NCBI GenBank assembly: GCA_963677595.1
Contig: OY782041.1
Coordinates: 3,488,001-3,552,000 of the forward strand
From: Spirochaetia bacterium
GTDB lineage: Bacteria; Spirochaetota; Spirochaetia; CAKZLE01
Direction: 5' to 3'
Length of the DNA stretch: 64,000 bases
The notes under the pieces are model-generated. The model was not told where the DNA came from. It saw only the letters and a list, made by a program, of their open reading frames with translations, and searched no databases. How positions within the stretch are numbered: the first letter of the stretch is position 1; every line of letters starts with the position of its first letter. Shown here one piece after another: positions 20,295 to 29,703 of this stretch. Made by a program: the position numbers and the translations under genes.

Positions 20295-20723
20295 ATGACA
20301 GAACATCATGAGATATATGTCCTGACGGACGATGACTACGACGTGAAGTATATCGGGGAGCAGGTCAAGGCGACGGTAGCGAACTCGAAGATCCAGAACG
20401 GGATCGTGACGATCGTCACCTCCCATACGAGTACGGGGATCAGCGTAACCGAGCCGCTCGACTGCATCCTGAGCGACCTGGAAGTGCTGATGCGCAAGCT
20501 CGTGAATGACGATGAGGAGTACTCGCATGCCCACTTCCTGCCGACCTACGGGAGGACCTCGGCCAATGCGCCTGGGCACCTGCGGTCGATCCTGACCGGG
20601 AACAGCTGCATCTTCCCGATCCAGGGGAAGAAGATGATGATGGGAGCAGCCCAGGAGATCCTGCTGATGGAGTTCGACGGACCCCAGAATCGCAAGATCT
20701 ATATCGATATCATAGGAGACTAG
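20295..20723 (+). CDS. yjbQ: YjbQ (UPF0047) family protein
   Basis: SHTSTGISVTE, NAPGHLRSILTG and EFDGPQNR match the YjbQ HTTA..NE / NA..HL / EFDGPR motifs. Confidence 0.85.
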   Translation: MTEHHEIYVLTDDDYDVKYIGEQVKATVANSKIQNGIVTIVTSHTSTGISVTEPLDCILSDLEVLMRKLVNDDEEYSHAHFLPTYGRTSANAPGHLRSILTGNSCIFPIQGKKMMMGAAQEILLMEFDGPQNRKIYIDIIGD

Positions 20724-20731
20724 CTAGGTAT

Positions 20732-23143
20732 ATGAGTAGAGTAACCCCCTCGAGCTCACACGATTACACAGGATACCTCAAGGACTTGAAGGCTCTCGGA
20801 CCGACCGACCGGATTACGACTGCAAGAGAGAGGATCTTTACCGAGAAGCGGTACCTGACGATCGAGCAGGCCCTGATCATCACCGAGACATACAAGCAGC
20901 ATGAAGGTGAGTCAAGGATCCTTCAGCGGGCGTATGCGCTCGCTGAGGCGCTGGAACGTCTCGAGATCAGGATCGACCCGGAAGAGTTGATCGTCGGGAA
21001 CCGGACTGCGGGTATCCGCTACGGGGTGGTCTCTCCTGAGGCCGGGATCGAATGGGTTGACCAGGAGCTTGAGACCTTCCCGACGCGGGAGCAGGACCAG
21101 TTCAATGTCCGGGAAGAGGACAAGGAAATCTTCCGGAACGAGATCCTTCCCTACTGGAAGGGCAAGGGGTTGCGGGACGAGATCGAGCGTGCCGACGGGA
21201 AGCAGATCAAGCTTCTTGAGAAGGTCGCGAAGATCAACCAGAAAGACCATGCCCAGGGACACATCTGCCCGGATGTGGAGAAGTGGCTTGAAGTCGGTCC
21301 TTCAGGCTTGAAGGAAGCGTGCCGGCAGAAACTGCTTACGGAGACAGATCGGGCAAAGAAGGATTTCTATATCGCCCTGATCCTGGTCCTTGACGGGACG
21401 ATAACCTTCATCGAACGCTACGAGAAGTTAGCCTTGGACATGGCTGGGAAGTCTGAATACAGCGACGTCGCTGAAGACCTCAAGCTGGTCGCGGCGAACT
21501 GCCGCAGGCTCAAAGACACTCCCCCGGAGACGTACCATGAAGCCCTGCAGTCGGTCTGGTTCCTCTTCGTCGTCATGCACATGGAATCCAACGCGAACTC
21601 TTTCTCCCCTGGACGTATGGACCAGTACCTTTACCCTTATTTCGAGAAGGAGTTCTCAGGCGGTACGCTCTCCCTGGAGCGTGCCCTTGAACTCACGGAT
21701 GCGTTCTACATCAAGCTGAACCATATCGTCTATATGCGGAACAAGTATAGTGCCCAGTACTTCGCTGGGTTCACGACCGGGTTCAACGTAGCCCTCGGGG
21801 GCCTGCTGCCAGACGGCAGTGACGGTACGAACCTGCTATCGTTCATCTTCCTCAAGGCCCAGGAGCATGTGCAGCTTGCACAGCCGAACCTCTCGGTACG
21901 GCTCCATGACGGGGCACCGGATGACTTTGTGAACGAGAGCAGCAGGATCATCAGTCTCGGCACCGGCATGCCGCAGGTGTTCAATGATGAGAGCATCATC
22001 CCGGCCTTGCAGCGGCAGGGTGTGGCTGATGAGCATGCGAAGGATTATGCGATTGTAGGCTGTGTCGAGCTCACTACGCCGGGCAACAACCTCGGTTGGA
22101 GCGATGCAGCCATGTTCAACATCCTCAAGGTACTCGAACTGACGATGAACAACGGGTACTGCCTGCTCACCGGCGACCTGCTGGGGCTGCAGACGGGCTA
22201 CCTCTATGACTATGGGACCTATGCTGAGTTGGAGGAGGCGTTCCGGAAACAGCTGGACTACTTCATCGCCAGGATGCATGAGAGCTCGATGGTCGTTGAT
22301 CGGATGCATGCAGAGGTGCTGCCTTCCCCATTCCTCTCCTCCGTGATCTCTGACTGTATCGAGAAGGGGATGGATGTAACTGCAGGGGGTGCCCACTACA
22401 ACTACAGCGGTATCCAGGTCATACAGGTCGCGAACATCGCAGACTGCCTCGCAGCGCTGAAGGTCGGGGTCTATGAAGACAGGCTCGTGGATGCGAACGA
22501 ACTCCTTAAGGCCTTGAAGGATAACTATGAGCATGATGAACCGCTTCGGCAGATGCTCATCAACAAGATCAGGAAGTTCGGCAATGACCACAGCGAGATC
22601 GATGAGCTTGCAAACCACTGGATCACCTATATCGAGCAGAAGATCGGTGCCCTGAAGAATGTCAGGGGCGGTAAGTACCAGGTTGGACTCTATACCGTCT
22701 CTGCCCATGTCCCCATGGGATTGAACGTCGGGGCTACACCCGACGGGAGGAAGGCCCGGGAACCCCTGGCAGACGGCGGTATGTCCCCTGTCTACGGGAG
22801 GGACCTGCTCGGCCCGACAGCCGTACTGAAATCGGTCTCGAGGGTGAACTCGCTCCTCGGGAGCAATGGTACGCTGCTGAACATGAAGTTCACCCCTGAT
22901 TTCTTCAAGACAGATGAGGATATAGCGAAGTTCTCGAGTTTCCTGCGGACCTTCGTGAAGCTCCATATCAACCATATCCAGTTCAATGTCATCACCGAGA
23001 AGGATCTGCTCAATGCGCAGAAACACCCGGAGAAATACCAGAACCTGCTCGTGAGGGTAGCGGGGTATACTGCCTACTTCACAGAACTTGCGAAAGACTT
23101 GCAGAATGAGATCATCCAGCGGACGACCCACGGGGAGCTATGA
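20732..23143 (+). CDS. Glycyl radical enzyme, PflD-like eliminase/isomerase clade (not pyruvate formate-lyase)
   Basis: 803 aa. Single-Cys loop IVGCVE, glycyl loop LVRVAGY, and ESNANSFSPGRMDQY, YFAGF, YTVSAHVP and NGTLLN segments shared with E. coli PflD as recalled. Confidence 0.9.
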   Translation: MSRVTPSSSHDYTGYLKDLKALGPTDRITTARERIFTEKRYLTIEQALIITETYKQHEGESRILQRAYALAEALERLEIRIDPEELIVGNRTAGIRYGVVSPEAGIEWVDQELETFPTREQDQFNVREEDKEIFRNEILPYWKGKGLRDEIERADGKQIKLLEKVAKINQKDHAQGHICPDVEKWLEVGPSGLKEACRQKLLTETDRAKKDFYIALILVLDGTITFIERYEKLALDMAGKSEYSDVAEDLKLVAANCRRLKDTPPETYHEALQSVWFLFVVMHMESNANSFSPGRMDQYLYPYFEKEFSGGTLSLERALELTDAFYIKLNHIVYMRNKYSAQYFAGFTTGFNVALGGLLPDGSDGTNLLSFIFLKAQEHVQLAQPNLSVRLHDGAPDDFVNESSRIISLGTGMPQVFNDESIIPALQRQGVADEHAKDYAIVGCVELTTPGNNLGWSDAAMFNILKVLELTMNNGYCLLTGDLLGLQTGYLYDYGTYAELEEAFRKQLDYFIARMHESSMVVDRMHAEVLPSPFLSSVISDCIEKGMDVTAGGAHYNYSGIQVIQVANIADCLAALKVGVYEDRLVDANELLKALKDNYEHDEPLRQMLINKIRKFGNDHSEIDELANHWITYIEQKIGALKNVRGGKYQVGLYTVSAHVPMGLNVGATPDGRKAREPLADGGMSPVYGRDLLGPTAVLKSVSRVNSLLGSNGTLLNMKFTPDFFKTDEDIAKFSSFLRTFVKLHINHIQFNVITEKDLLNAQKHPEKYQNLLVRVAGYTAYFTELAKDLQNEIIQRTTHGEL

Positions 23144-24045
23144 TGCTGGGAACTATCTTCGATATCAAGCGTTTCTCCGTCCATGACGGCCCGGGACTGC
23201 GGACTACCGTCTTCCTCAAGGGCTGCCCGCTCACCTGTCTCTGGTGCCAGAATCCGGAAGGTCTCTCCCGTGAGATCGCCCTCTGGTACTTCCCGAACAA
23301 GTGTATCAGCTGCGGCAGGTGCATAGAGGCCTGCCCGAATGATGCCCTGCGAATGGAAGACGGGAAGATCATCATCGACCGGGACCTCTGCAGGAAGTGC
23401 GGCAGTTGCACGAAGGCCTGCCCGACGAATGCCCTGGCCTTTGACGGGAGGGTCGTTAGCGTGGATGAGGTCATGGAGGAAGTTCTGAAAGACCGGCAGT
23501 TCTATGAGACCTCAGGAGGCGGTATCACCCTCTCCGGGGGGGATGCCCTCGGCCAGCACCGGTTCGCCGGGGAGATCATGAAGCGGTGCAAGGAAGAGGG
23601 AATCCATACGGCCATGGAGAGCTGCATGTTCGCCACTGAGGAACAGATAGCTAGCGTCCTGCCGTATCTCGACTACTTGATCATGGATGTCAAGCACCAT
23701 GACAGCAGCCTGCACAGCAGGTATACCGGTGTCTCCAATGAGCGTATCCTCAAGAACCTCAAGGACATCGCAGCGGTATTCCCGATAGAGCAGATGCTTG
23801 TACGTATCCCCCTCATACCCGGTTATACCGCTGATCCAGCAAATGTGAAAGCCATCGCGGCGAAGGTTTTCGCCATCGATCCTGGCCTGCAGATCGAGCT
23901 GATCAACTACAATCCGCTTGCACCGAACAAATACCGGATCCTGCAGAAGGACTATGTGCCGGGAACTGATCTGAAGCCTCTTTCGGAGCAGGAGATCAGT
24001 GATCTGTATGCTATAATCGAGGAAGAGAGAAGGAGTACCCAATGA
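23140..24045 (+). CDS. GRE-activating radical-SAM enzyme with a 2x[4Fe-4S] ferredoxin insert
   Basis: HDGPGLRTTVFLKGCPLTCLWCQNPE, CISCGRCIEAC and CRKCGSCTKAC. ATGA overlap with the GRE gene. Confidence 0.93.
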   Translation: MMLGTIFDIKRFSVHDGPGLRTTVFLKGCPLTCLWCQNPEGLSREIALWYFPNKCISCGRCIEACPNDALRMEDGKIIIDRDLCRKCGSCTKACPTNALAFDGRVVSVDEVMEEVLKDRQFYETSGGGITLSGGDALGQHRFAGEIMKRCKEEGIHTAMESCMFATEEQIASVLPYLDYLIMDVKHHDSSLHSRYTGVSNERILKNLKDIAAVFPIEQMLVRIPLIPGYTADPANVKAIAAKVFAIDPGLQIELINYNPLAPNKYRILQKDYVPGTDLKPLSEQEISDLYAIIEEERRSTQ

Positions 24046-24722
24046 AGCGTTCAGAGATAAATGATATCATGAAAGAGGCCACGGAATTCATACACGAACA
24101 CGGGTTCGTGCTCCCTCCCTTTGGGTACTGGACCCCGGCCGACTGGGCATCCAAGGGGACAGAATGCATCGAGATCGTGGATAATATGCTCGGCTGGGAT
24201 ATCACGGACTTCGGTTTCGGGAACTACGAGAAGATCGGGCTGCTCATGTTCACCCTGCGAAACGGCAACTTCAACAAAGAGGCCTATCCCAAGGCCTATG
24301 CAGAGAAGCTCCTCATCTCAAAGGAGGGGCAGGTGACCCCCTTCCACTTCCACTGGTCGAAGATGGAGGATATCATCAACCGCGGCGGCGGCAACCTGGT
24401 CATCGAGTGCTGGAACAGCGACCCGGACGGAAAGAGGCTCGATACTGACGTCCAGCTCCATGTGGACGGGACGGTCATCACGGGTAAGGCCGGGATGAGA
24501 CTGACGCTGCACCCGGGAGAGAGCATCACGCTGCTTCCCTACCAGTACCATGCGTTCTGGGGTGAGAAGAGATCAGGGACGGTGCTCATCGGGGAGGTCT
24601 CCTCGGTGAACGACGACCGGGTCGATAACCGGTTCCTTGAGAAGACAGGACGGTTCCCCGAGATCACCGAGGATGAGGCCCCGCTCCACTACCTGTGTAA
24701 CGAGTACCCGAAACTGGGTTAA
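24042..24722 (+). CDS. D-lyxose/D-mannose-family cupin sugar isomerase
   Basis: MKRSEIN, LGWDITDFG, YAEK, PFHFHWSKMEDIINRGGG and GEVSSVNDD. Confidence 0.9.
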   Translation: MKRSEINDIMKEATEFIHEHGFVLPPFGYWTPADWASKGTECIEIVDNMLGWDITDFGFGNYEKIGLLMFTLRNGNFNKEAYPKAYAEKLLISKEGQVTPFHFHWSKMEDIINRGGGNLVIECWNSDPDGKRLDTDVQLHVDGTVITGKAGMRLTLHPGESITLLPYQYHAFWGEKRSGTVLIGEVSSVNDDRVDNRFLEKTGRFPEITEDEAPLHYLCNEYPKLG

Positions 24723-24925
24723 GAGAACAACTCCTCCCCGGTGATGAACTCTGGTGCTTCCTTCTTAGCAATATGGTCCTCGATGAACCTGATGTCCTGG
24801 ATATCTTCATAAAGTTCAAAGAGGGATTTCTTGAACAAAGATGATGCATCGGTAGCATAGTACTCCGTGAGAAATGCGAGGATCTCCTCTTCACGCTCGC
24901 TAAGTTCGAGACTGAGGACAGTCAT
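24719..24925 (-). CDS. DUF6290/RelB-like antitoxin (orphan)
   Basis: 68 aa, RHH-like N-terminus (VLSLELSEREEEIL) and acidic C-terminus (LFELYEDIQDI). AAGGAGG SD. Confidence 0.6.
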   Translation of the reverse strand: MTVLSLELSEREEEILAFLTEYYATDASSLFKKSLFELYEDIQDIRFIEDHIAKKEAPEFITGEELFS

Positions 24926-25095
24926 CTGGTTACCCCTCCTTATCTGGTATGATCATAGTGTACCGTACCCGCAGGATGGAATCAATCCTGGGCTTATCGC
25001 TCAGGTGTCGAGCCTTTGGTTCTTACCGTAAGGAACTGGATATTCCCCGCCTTTTCCGATAGAATGAGACAACCAAATCTATTGGAGCTGACACC

Positions 25096-25671
25096 ATGAA
25101 ACGAGTACTTGCCGTCAACGGCAGCCCGAGGGCAGCCGGCAACACCGCTGCCATGATAGAGACGATGTTCTCAGTCCTCTCAGAACGTGAAGATACCGTC
25201 TGTGAGATGGTCCATATCGGGGGGAAACCCTTCCGGGGCTGTACCGGCTGCGGGAGTTGCGTGCGCAACCAGGACCGGAAGTGCATCTTCGACGATGACC
25301 CTGTGAACGGGTGCATCGCGAAGATGATCGAGGCCGATGTCATCATCCTCGCATCCCCGACCTACTTCTCGACCCTCACACCGGAGCTGAAGGCCCTTAT
25401 CGACCGGGCCGGCAGGGTGACTAGAGGGAACGGGAACCTCCTGAAACGAAAGATCGGGGCGGCAGTCGCCCCGGCCCGCAGGGCAGGGAGCCTCAACACG
25501 CTCCAGACGATACAGAACTTCTTCTTCATCACCGAGATGATCGTTCCCGGGTCCTCCTACTGGAACATGGCCCAGGTGAGGAATATCGGGGATCTCGAGC
25601 AGGATGCTGAAGGTATAGCTACCATGAAGAACCTGGCGGAGAACATCAGCTGGCTCATGGACAGGACCTGA
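25096..25671 (+). CDS. Iron-sulfur flavoprotein (flavodoxin-like fold)
   Basis: NGSPRAAGNT, CTGCGSC-x6-C and ASPTYF motifs. Confidence 0.88.
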   Translation: MKRVLAVNGSPRAAGNTAAMIETMFSVLSEREDTVCEMVHIGGKPFRGCTGCGSCVRNQDRKCIFDDDPVNGCIAKMIEADVIILASPTYFSTLTPELKALIDRAGRVTRGNGNLLKRKIGAAVAPARRAGSLNTLQTIQNFFFITEMIVPGSSYWNMAQVRNIGDLEQDAEGIATMKNLAENISWLMDRT

Positions 25672-25672
25672 G

Positions 25673-26821
25673 GTGAGTACGGAGCTTATCCGGTTCTCCG
25701 AACCGGAGACCGCCGGGAACCCGCAGGTAAGCCTGCAGAGGATCACCTCGATCGAGTCGGGCGGTGAGTACTATCGGGAGGCCTGCAGCCTCCTGCAGGG
25801 GATCGTACCGACGGATGGGATCTTCCTGACTGCATCAGGCTCACAGGCCCTCGAGTTCGCCGTGATGCTCGCCCAGGTGGGGCAGGGTGATGAGGTGGTC
25901 ATGCCCTCCTATACCTACTACTCAACGGCGAACGCCTTCCTGGCTGCCGGGGCATCCGTGGTCTTCGTCGATATAGACCCCGATACCATGACGATGGATG
26001 CATCACTGGTGGATGCTGCCGTCACGGCGGCAACGAAGGCCGTCGTCGCGGTCCATTACGGCGGCGCCTCCCCCGATATGGATAGGCTCCTCGAGATCTG
26101 CGACCGGTATGGCCTCATACTCATCGAGGATGCTGCCCAGAGCATCGGGGCATCATACAAGGGACGGCCGCTGGGTACGATCGGTGCGCTCGGGATCCTG
26201 AGCTTCCATGCCACGAAGAATGTCACCTCAGGCGGGGAGGGCGGAGCCCTCCTGGTGAATGACTCCTCCCTCATCGACCAGGCTCGTATGATCTCCCAGC
26301 ACGGGACGGACCGCTTGAAATTCCTCGCAGGGGAGAGTGATCACTATACCTGGCATACCGTCGGCTCCTCCTACATGCTCGGGGAGCTCTCCTGCGCATG
26401 GCTTGCCGCACAGCTTGGGGAATTCAGTACCATACAGTCCAGGAGGAGAAAACTCTGGGAGTTGTACCGGGAACTGCTTAAGCCCCTGGTTGAGAAGGGG
26501 GTCCTATCCATCCAGAGGGTACCGGCCTGGAACGACCATAACAGCCACCTCTACTATATCCTCTGCCGAGATGCCGGTGAACGCTCTCGACTGCAGCGAT
26601 ACCTCTCCGAGCTCGGCATACAGACGGCGACCCACTACATCCCGCTTCATACCACCCCCTACGGGAAGGATCATACCCGGTTCTCCGGGTCAGACCGCCA
26701 TACCAGCGATGCGGCAAGCCGCCTGCTTCGGCTCCCGCTCCATACGAACCTGACCGATGAGCAGGTAGGTGCCGTATGCCATGGTATCCATGAGTTCTAT
26801 GGGGACAGCAGTGATGACTGA
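25673..26821 (+). CDS. wecE: dTDP-4-amino-4,6-dideoxyhexose transaminase (WecE/RffA-like, DegT/DnrJ family)
   Basis: MPSYTYYSTANAF, IEDAAQ, PLP-Lys SFHATKNVTSGGEGG, YTW..VGSSY, HYIPLH and LLRLPL. Confidence 0.85.
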   Translation: MSTELIRFSEPETAGNPQVSLQRITSIESGGEYYREACSLLQGIVPTDGIFLTASGSQALEFAVMLAQVGQGDEVVMPSYTYYSTANAFLAAGASVVFVDIDPDTMTMDASLVDAAVTAATKAVVAVHYGGASPDMDRLLEICDRYGLILIEDAAQSIGASYKGRPLGTIGALGILSFHATKNVTSGGEGGALLVNDSSLIDQARMISQHGTDRLKFLAGESDHYTWHTVGSSYMLGELSCAWLAAQLGEFSTIQSRRRKLWELYRELLKPLVEKGVLSIQRVPAWNDHNSHLYYILCRDAGERSRLQRYLSELGIQTATHYIPLHTTPYGKDHTRFSGSDRHTSDAASRLLRLPLHTNLTDEQVGAVCHGIHEFYGDSSDD

Positions 26822-27548
26822 ATCTTCTGTCAGCGTCGTCATCCCCGTCTTTAATGCGGAAGCTTATATCGAAGAACTCTATCGGGAGTTGAAGACGGTA
26901 CTCTCCGAACATTTTAACCGGTTTGAGATCATCTTCGTCGATGATGCCAGCAGTGACAGGAGCGGAGATGCAGTCCATGCGATCGCGGAAGCTGATCCCT
27001 CCTGCACGGCAGTCTCCCTCTCTGAGAACGTCGGCCAGCAGAAGGCTACCTTCTGCGGGCTGCAGTATACATCAGGGGAGTATGTCGTCACCATCGATGA
27101 TGACGGGCAGTACGCCCCGGATGATATCATCAGGCTCCATGCTGCGATCTTAGAGGGGAAGTACGACTGTGTCTACGGGATCCCCTTGATCAGGAGCAGG
27201 AGGCTCATCAGGAGGCTGGGAACTTGGCTTACCGACCGTTCACTCTCACGGCTTACCGGGAAGGAGCCTGCCGTGAAGGTCAGCAGCTTCAGGATCATGA
27301 GCCGCGAGCTCGCCAGCCAGGTCCTTGCCTGTCCCTCCTGTGCGATCTACCTCTCTGTGGAGATCCTGAAGCTGACGAAGCGGATCGGGAACCTCCCGAT
27401 CGAACTCCGGCATGAGGAACGCGCGACGAGGTATACCCTTCGACGGCTCCTGAAGGCTTTCACGGCGGTCCACACCCATGGAGTCGGGGCTGCAGATGCA
27501 GGTGAACGCTTCATGATCGGGAAACTGACAGGAAGGGGATCAAGATGA
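26814..27548 (+). CDS. GT2 polyprenyl-phosphate glycosyltransferase (ArnC/GtrB-like, no TM tail)
   Basis: SVVIPVFN, FVDDASSD, NVGQQKA, TIDDDGQY and SSFRIM. Confidence 0.85.
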   Translation: MTESSVSVVIPVFNAEAYIEELYRELKTVLSEHFNRFEIIFVDDASSDRSGDAVHAIAEADPSCTAVSLSENVGQQKATFCGLQYTSGEYVVTIDDDGQYAPDDIIRLHAAILEGKYDCVYGIPLIRSRRLIRRLGTWLTDRSLSRLTGKEPAVKVSSFRIMSRELASQVLACPSCAIYLSVEILKLTKRIGNLPIELRHEERATRYTLRRLLKAFTAVHTHGVGAADAGERFMIGKLTGRGSR

Positions 27549-28771
27549 GGGTGCATGTGCTTGGCGGAGGCTATGCCCAGCTGAACATGATCAGGAGGCT
27601 TAAGGAACTTGGCCATACCGTGATCGTCTCTGACTACCTACCCGATGCCCCGGGGAAAGCCGATGCCCATTACAGCAGCATGGTGAGCACCTTCGATGCA
27701 GAAGGCATCCAGAGGATAACCTCCTCCTACCATGCTGACGGGATCATCACGCTCGGGACTGACCAGCCGGTACTCACGGCTGCGATTGTCGCAGGCCAGC
27801 TCGGGCTGCCTTCCTGTGTCACGGTCGACCAGGCCATGGCAGTCACCCATAAGCGGGTCATGAAGCAGGCCCTTGAGGCGTCCGGTGTTCCGGTCGTACC
27901 CTGGGCATGCGTACCCGAAGGCTTTGAGGATGAAGTACTCAAGGAGCTTATTCCTCCCTATGTCATGAAGCCCTTAGACAGCCAGGGACAGCGCGGTATC
28001 TTCAAGCTCGATACCATAGAGGAGATCAGAGCCCATATACTTCAGACCCTCTCCTTCTCGCGCGACTCGGAAGTGCTCGTAGAGCAGTACTATCCCCATG
28101 AGGAACTCACCGTGAGCGGCTGGGTCCATGGGGGACGATTGACAGTCCTCACGATCACCGATCGGATCACCCGTGACACCCCTCCGTCGATCGGGGTCTG
28201 CTTCGCCCACCGATTTTCCACGAAGCATATCGCGGAGGAAGCAGAGATCTGCGTGCTGTCGCATCGGGTCGTCGAGGCGGTTGGGATCAGCGAAGGGCCG
28301 GTCTACATCCAGCTGCTCAAGGGGGAGCGGGGATACCTTGTCAATGAGGTCGCCGCCCGGATCGGCGGGGCTTTCGAGGAGTATGTGATCCCGGCAGTGA
28401 CCGGCCTCCCGGTCGATGACCTCCTCATCAATGCCGTGCTCGGGGAATTCCCCGACCCTGCGGATACCTATAACCCGAACGGGGACCATGCATGGGTACT
28501 CTTCTTCTTCTCCCGGCCGGGGACAGTCGGGAAGACCGGGACGGTTGGAGAATTGATGGAGATCGAGGGGGTACTCACCGCTAGATATCTTGTCGGTGCA
28601 GGAGATACGCTCACCCCCGTGACCAATGCCACGCAGCGGGCTGGTTATGTGGTATGTGCTGCCCCTCCGGAGAGGATCGATGCGCTGAAGGAACAGCTCA
28701 TCTCGCTGTTCACTGTACAGGATGAGAACGGCTGTGATATGATACTGCCCATCGAGGAAGCCGGCAGATGA
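27545..28771 (+). CDS. ATP-grasp carboxylate-amine ligase
   Basis: VLGGGYAQ, HKRVMK, VMKPLDSQGQRG, VEQYY and NEVAARIGG. Confidence 0.85.
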   Translation: MRVHVLGGGYAQLNMIRRLKELGHTVIVSDYLPDAPGKADAHYSSMVSTFDAEGIQRITSSYHADGIITLGTDQPVLTAAIVAGQLGLPSCVTVDQAMAVTHKRVMKQALEASGVPVVPWACVPEGFEDEVLKELIPPYVMKPLDSQGQRGIFKLDTIEEIRAHILQTLSFSRDSEVLVEQYYPHEELTVSGWVHGGRLTVLTITDRITRDTPPSIGVCFAHRFSTKHIAEEAEICVLSHRVVEAVGISEGPVYIQLLKGERGYLVNEVAARIGGAFEEYVIPAVTGLPVDDLLINAVLGEFPDPADTYNPNGDHAWVLFFFSRPGTVGKTGTVGELMEIEGVLTARYLVGAGDTLTPVTNATQRAGYVVCAAPPERIDALKEQLISLFTVQDENGCDMILPIEEAGR

Positions 28772-29703
28772 GAAGAATCGCACTACTCTTCCTGCTCCTG
28801 CTCGTCATGCTGACGGGCTGCAGGAAGGCAGCAGAAGACAGGATAGTGATCGCGGAACAGTTTGGGCTTGCCTATGCCCCGGTACAGATCATGCGGCTGC
28901 AGGGACTGATCGAGAAGCGCGTCCCATCAGCTGAGGTCGTCTATGAGCAGCTGGGAAATACGGCAGCGATTAGGGAGGCCATGATCTCCGGGCACCTCGA
29001 CATCGGGTTCGGGGCGATACCGCCCTTCCTCATCGGGGTAGAGAACGGGATGGACTGGAGGCTCGCCTCCGGCGTGTCCCAGGTGCCGGTTGGGCTGGTC
29101 ACCCTCGATCAAGAGAAACGTTCGATCTCTGACCTCCGGGAACATGACAAGGTCGCGCTACCCCAGCCGGGAAGCATCCAGCATATGCTGCTCTCCATGG
29201 CGGCAGAGCGGGATTTGGGCTCGGCAGGCCTGCTTGATGACCGGATGGTGACCATGAGCCACCCTGACGGGTTCCAGGCACTCGCCGCAGGGGCTGTCAC
29301 AGCCCACTTCACCACGCCTCCCTACATCTTCAATGAGCTCGATCTTGAAGGGGCGCATCTACTGCTCTCGGGAACCGATGCCTTCGGCGGGGATTTCACC
29401 TTCATCGTAGGCTATGCGACTGAAGCCTTCCATGATGAGAACGGTGAACTCTATGCAGCCTTTATCGAGGCCTTGGAAGAGGCGATCGATTTCATGAGCG
29501 AACAGCCGAAAGAAGCAGCACGGCTGCTCTCCGGGGTCTATGAGATCCCCGATGAGACCATCTATGAGTATATAACCGCAGATGGGATGGTCTATACTCC
29601 CGGGATCACCGGGCTCGAACGCTTCGGGGCTTTCATGCATGAGCAGGGGTATCTCGAGGAGCCGGTCCCTGTTGCTTCATCCCTGGTATGGGAGCATCCA
29701 TGA
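28768..29703 (+). CDS. ABC importer binding lipoprotein (SsuA/TauA/NMT1 class)
   Basis: Lipobox LTGC, AEQFGLAYAP and VALPQPGSIQH. Confidence 0.85.
   Translation: MRRIALLFLLLLVMLTGCRKAAEDRIVIAEQFGLAYAPVQIMRLQGLIEKRVPSAEVVYEQLGNTAAIREAMISGHLDIGFGAIPPFLIGVENGMDWRLASGVSQVPVGLVTLDQEKRSISDLREHDKVALPQPGSIQHMLLSMAAERDLGSAGLLDDRMVTMSHPDGFQALAAGAVTAHFTTPPYIFNELDLEGAHLLLSGTDAFGGDFTFIVGYATEAFHDENGELYAAFIEALEEAIDFMSEQPKEAARLLSGVYEIPDETIYEYITADGMVYTPGITGLERFGAFMHEQGYLEEPVPVASSLVWEHP

Noticed and set aside
21836-23131. 431-aa minus-strand ORF opposite the GRE (similarly 17456-18430, 8786-9523, 6003-6848, 27974-28783, 360-1241)
   Set aside because: These are antisense shadows of well-supported genes, expected with strong GC3 bias. 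They show no motifs or SD.
20732-23143. Calling the GRE pyruvate formate-lyase and linking it to ackA
   Set aside because: It lacks the adjacent Cys-Cys motif of PFL, and ackA is 11 kb away in a separate transcription unit.
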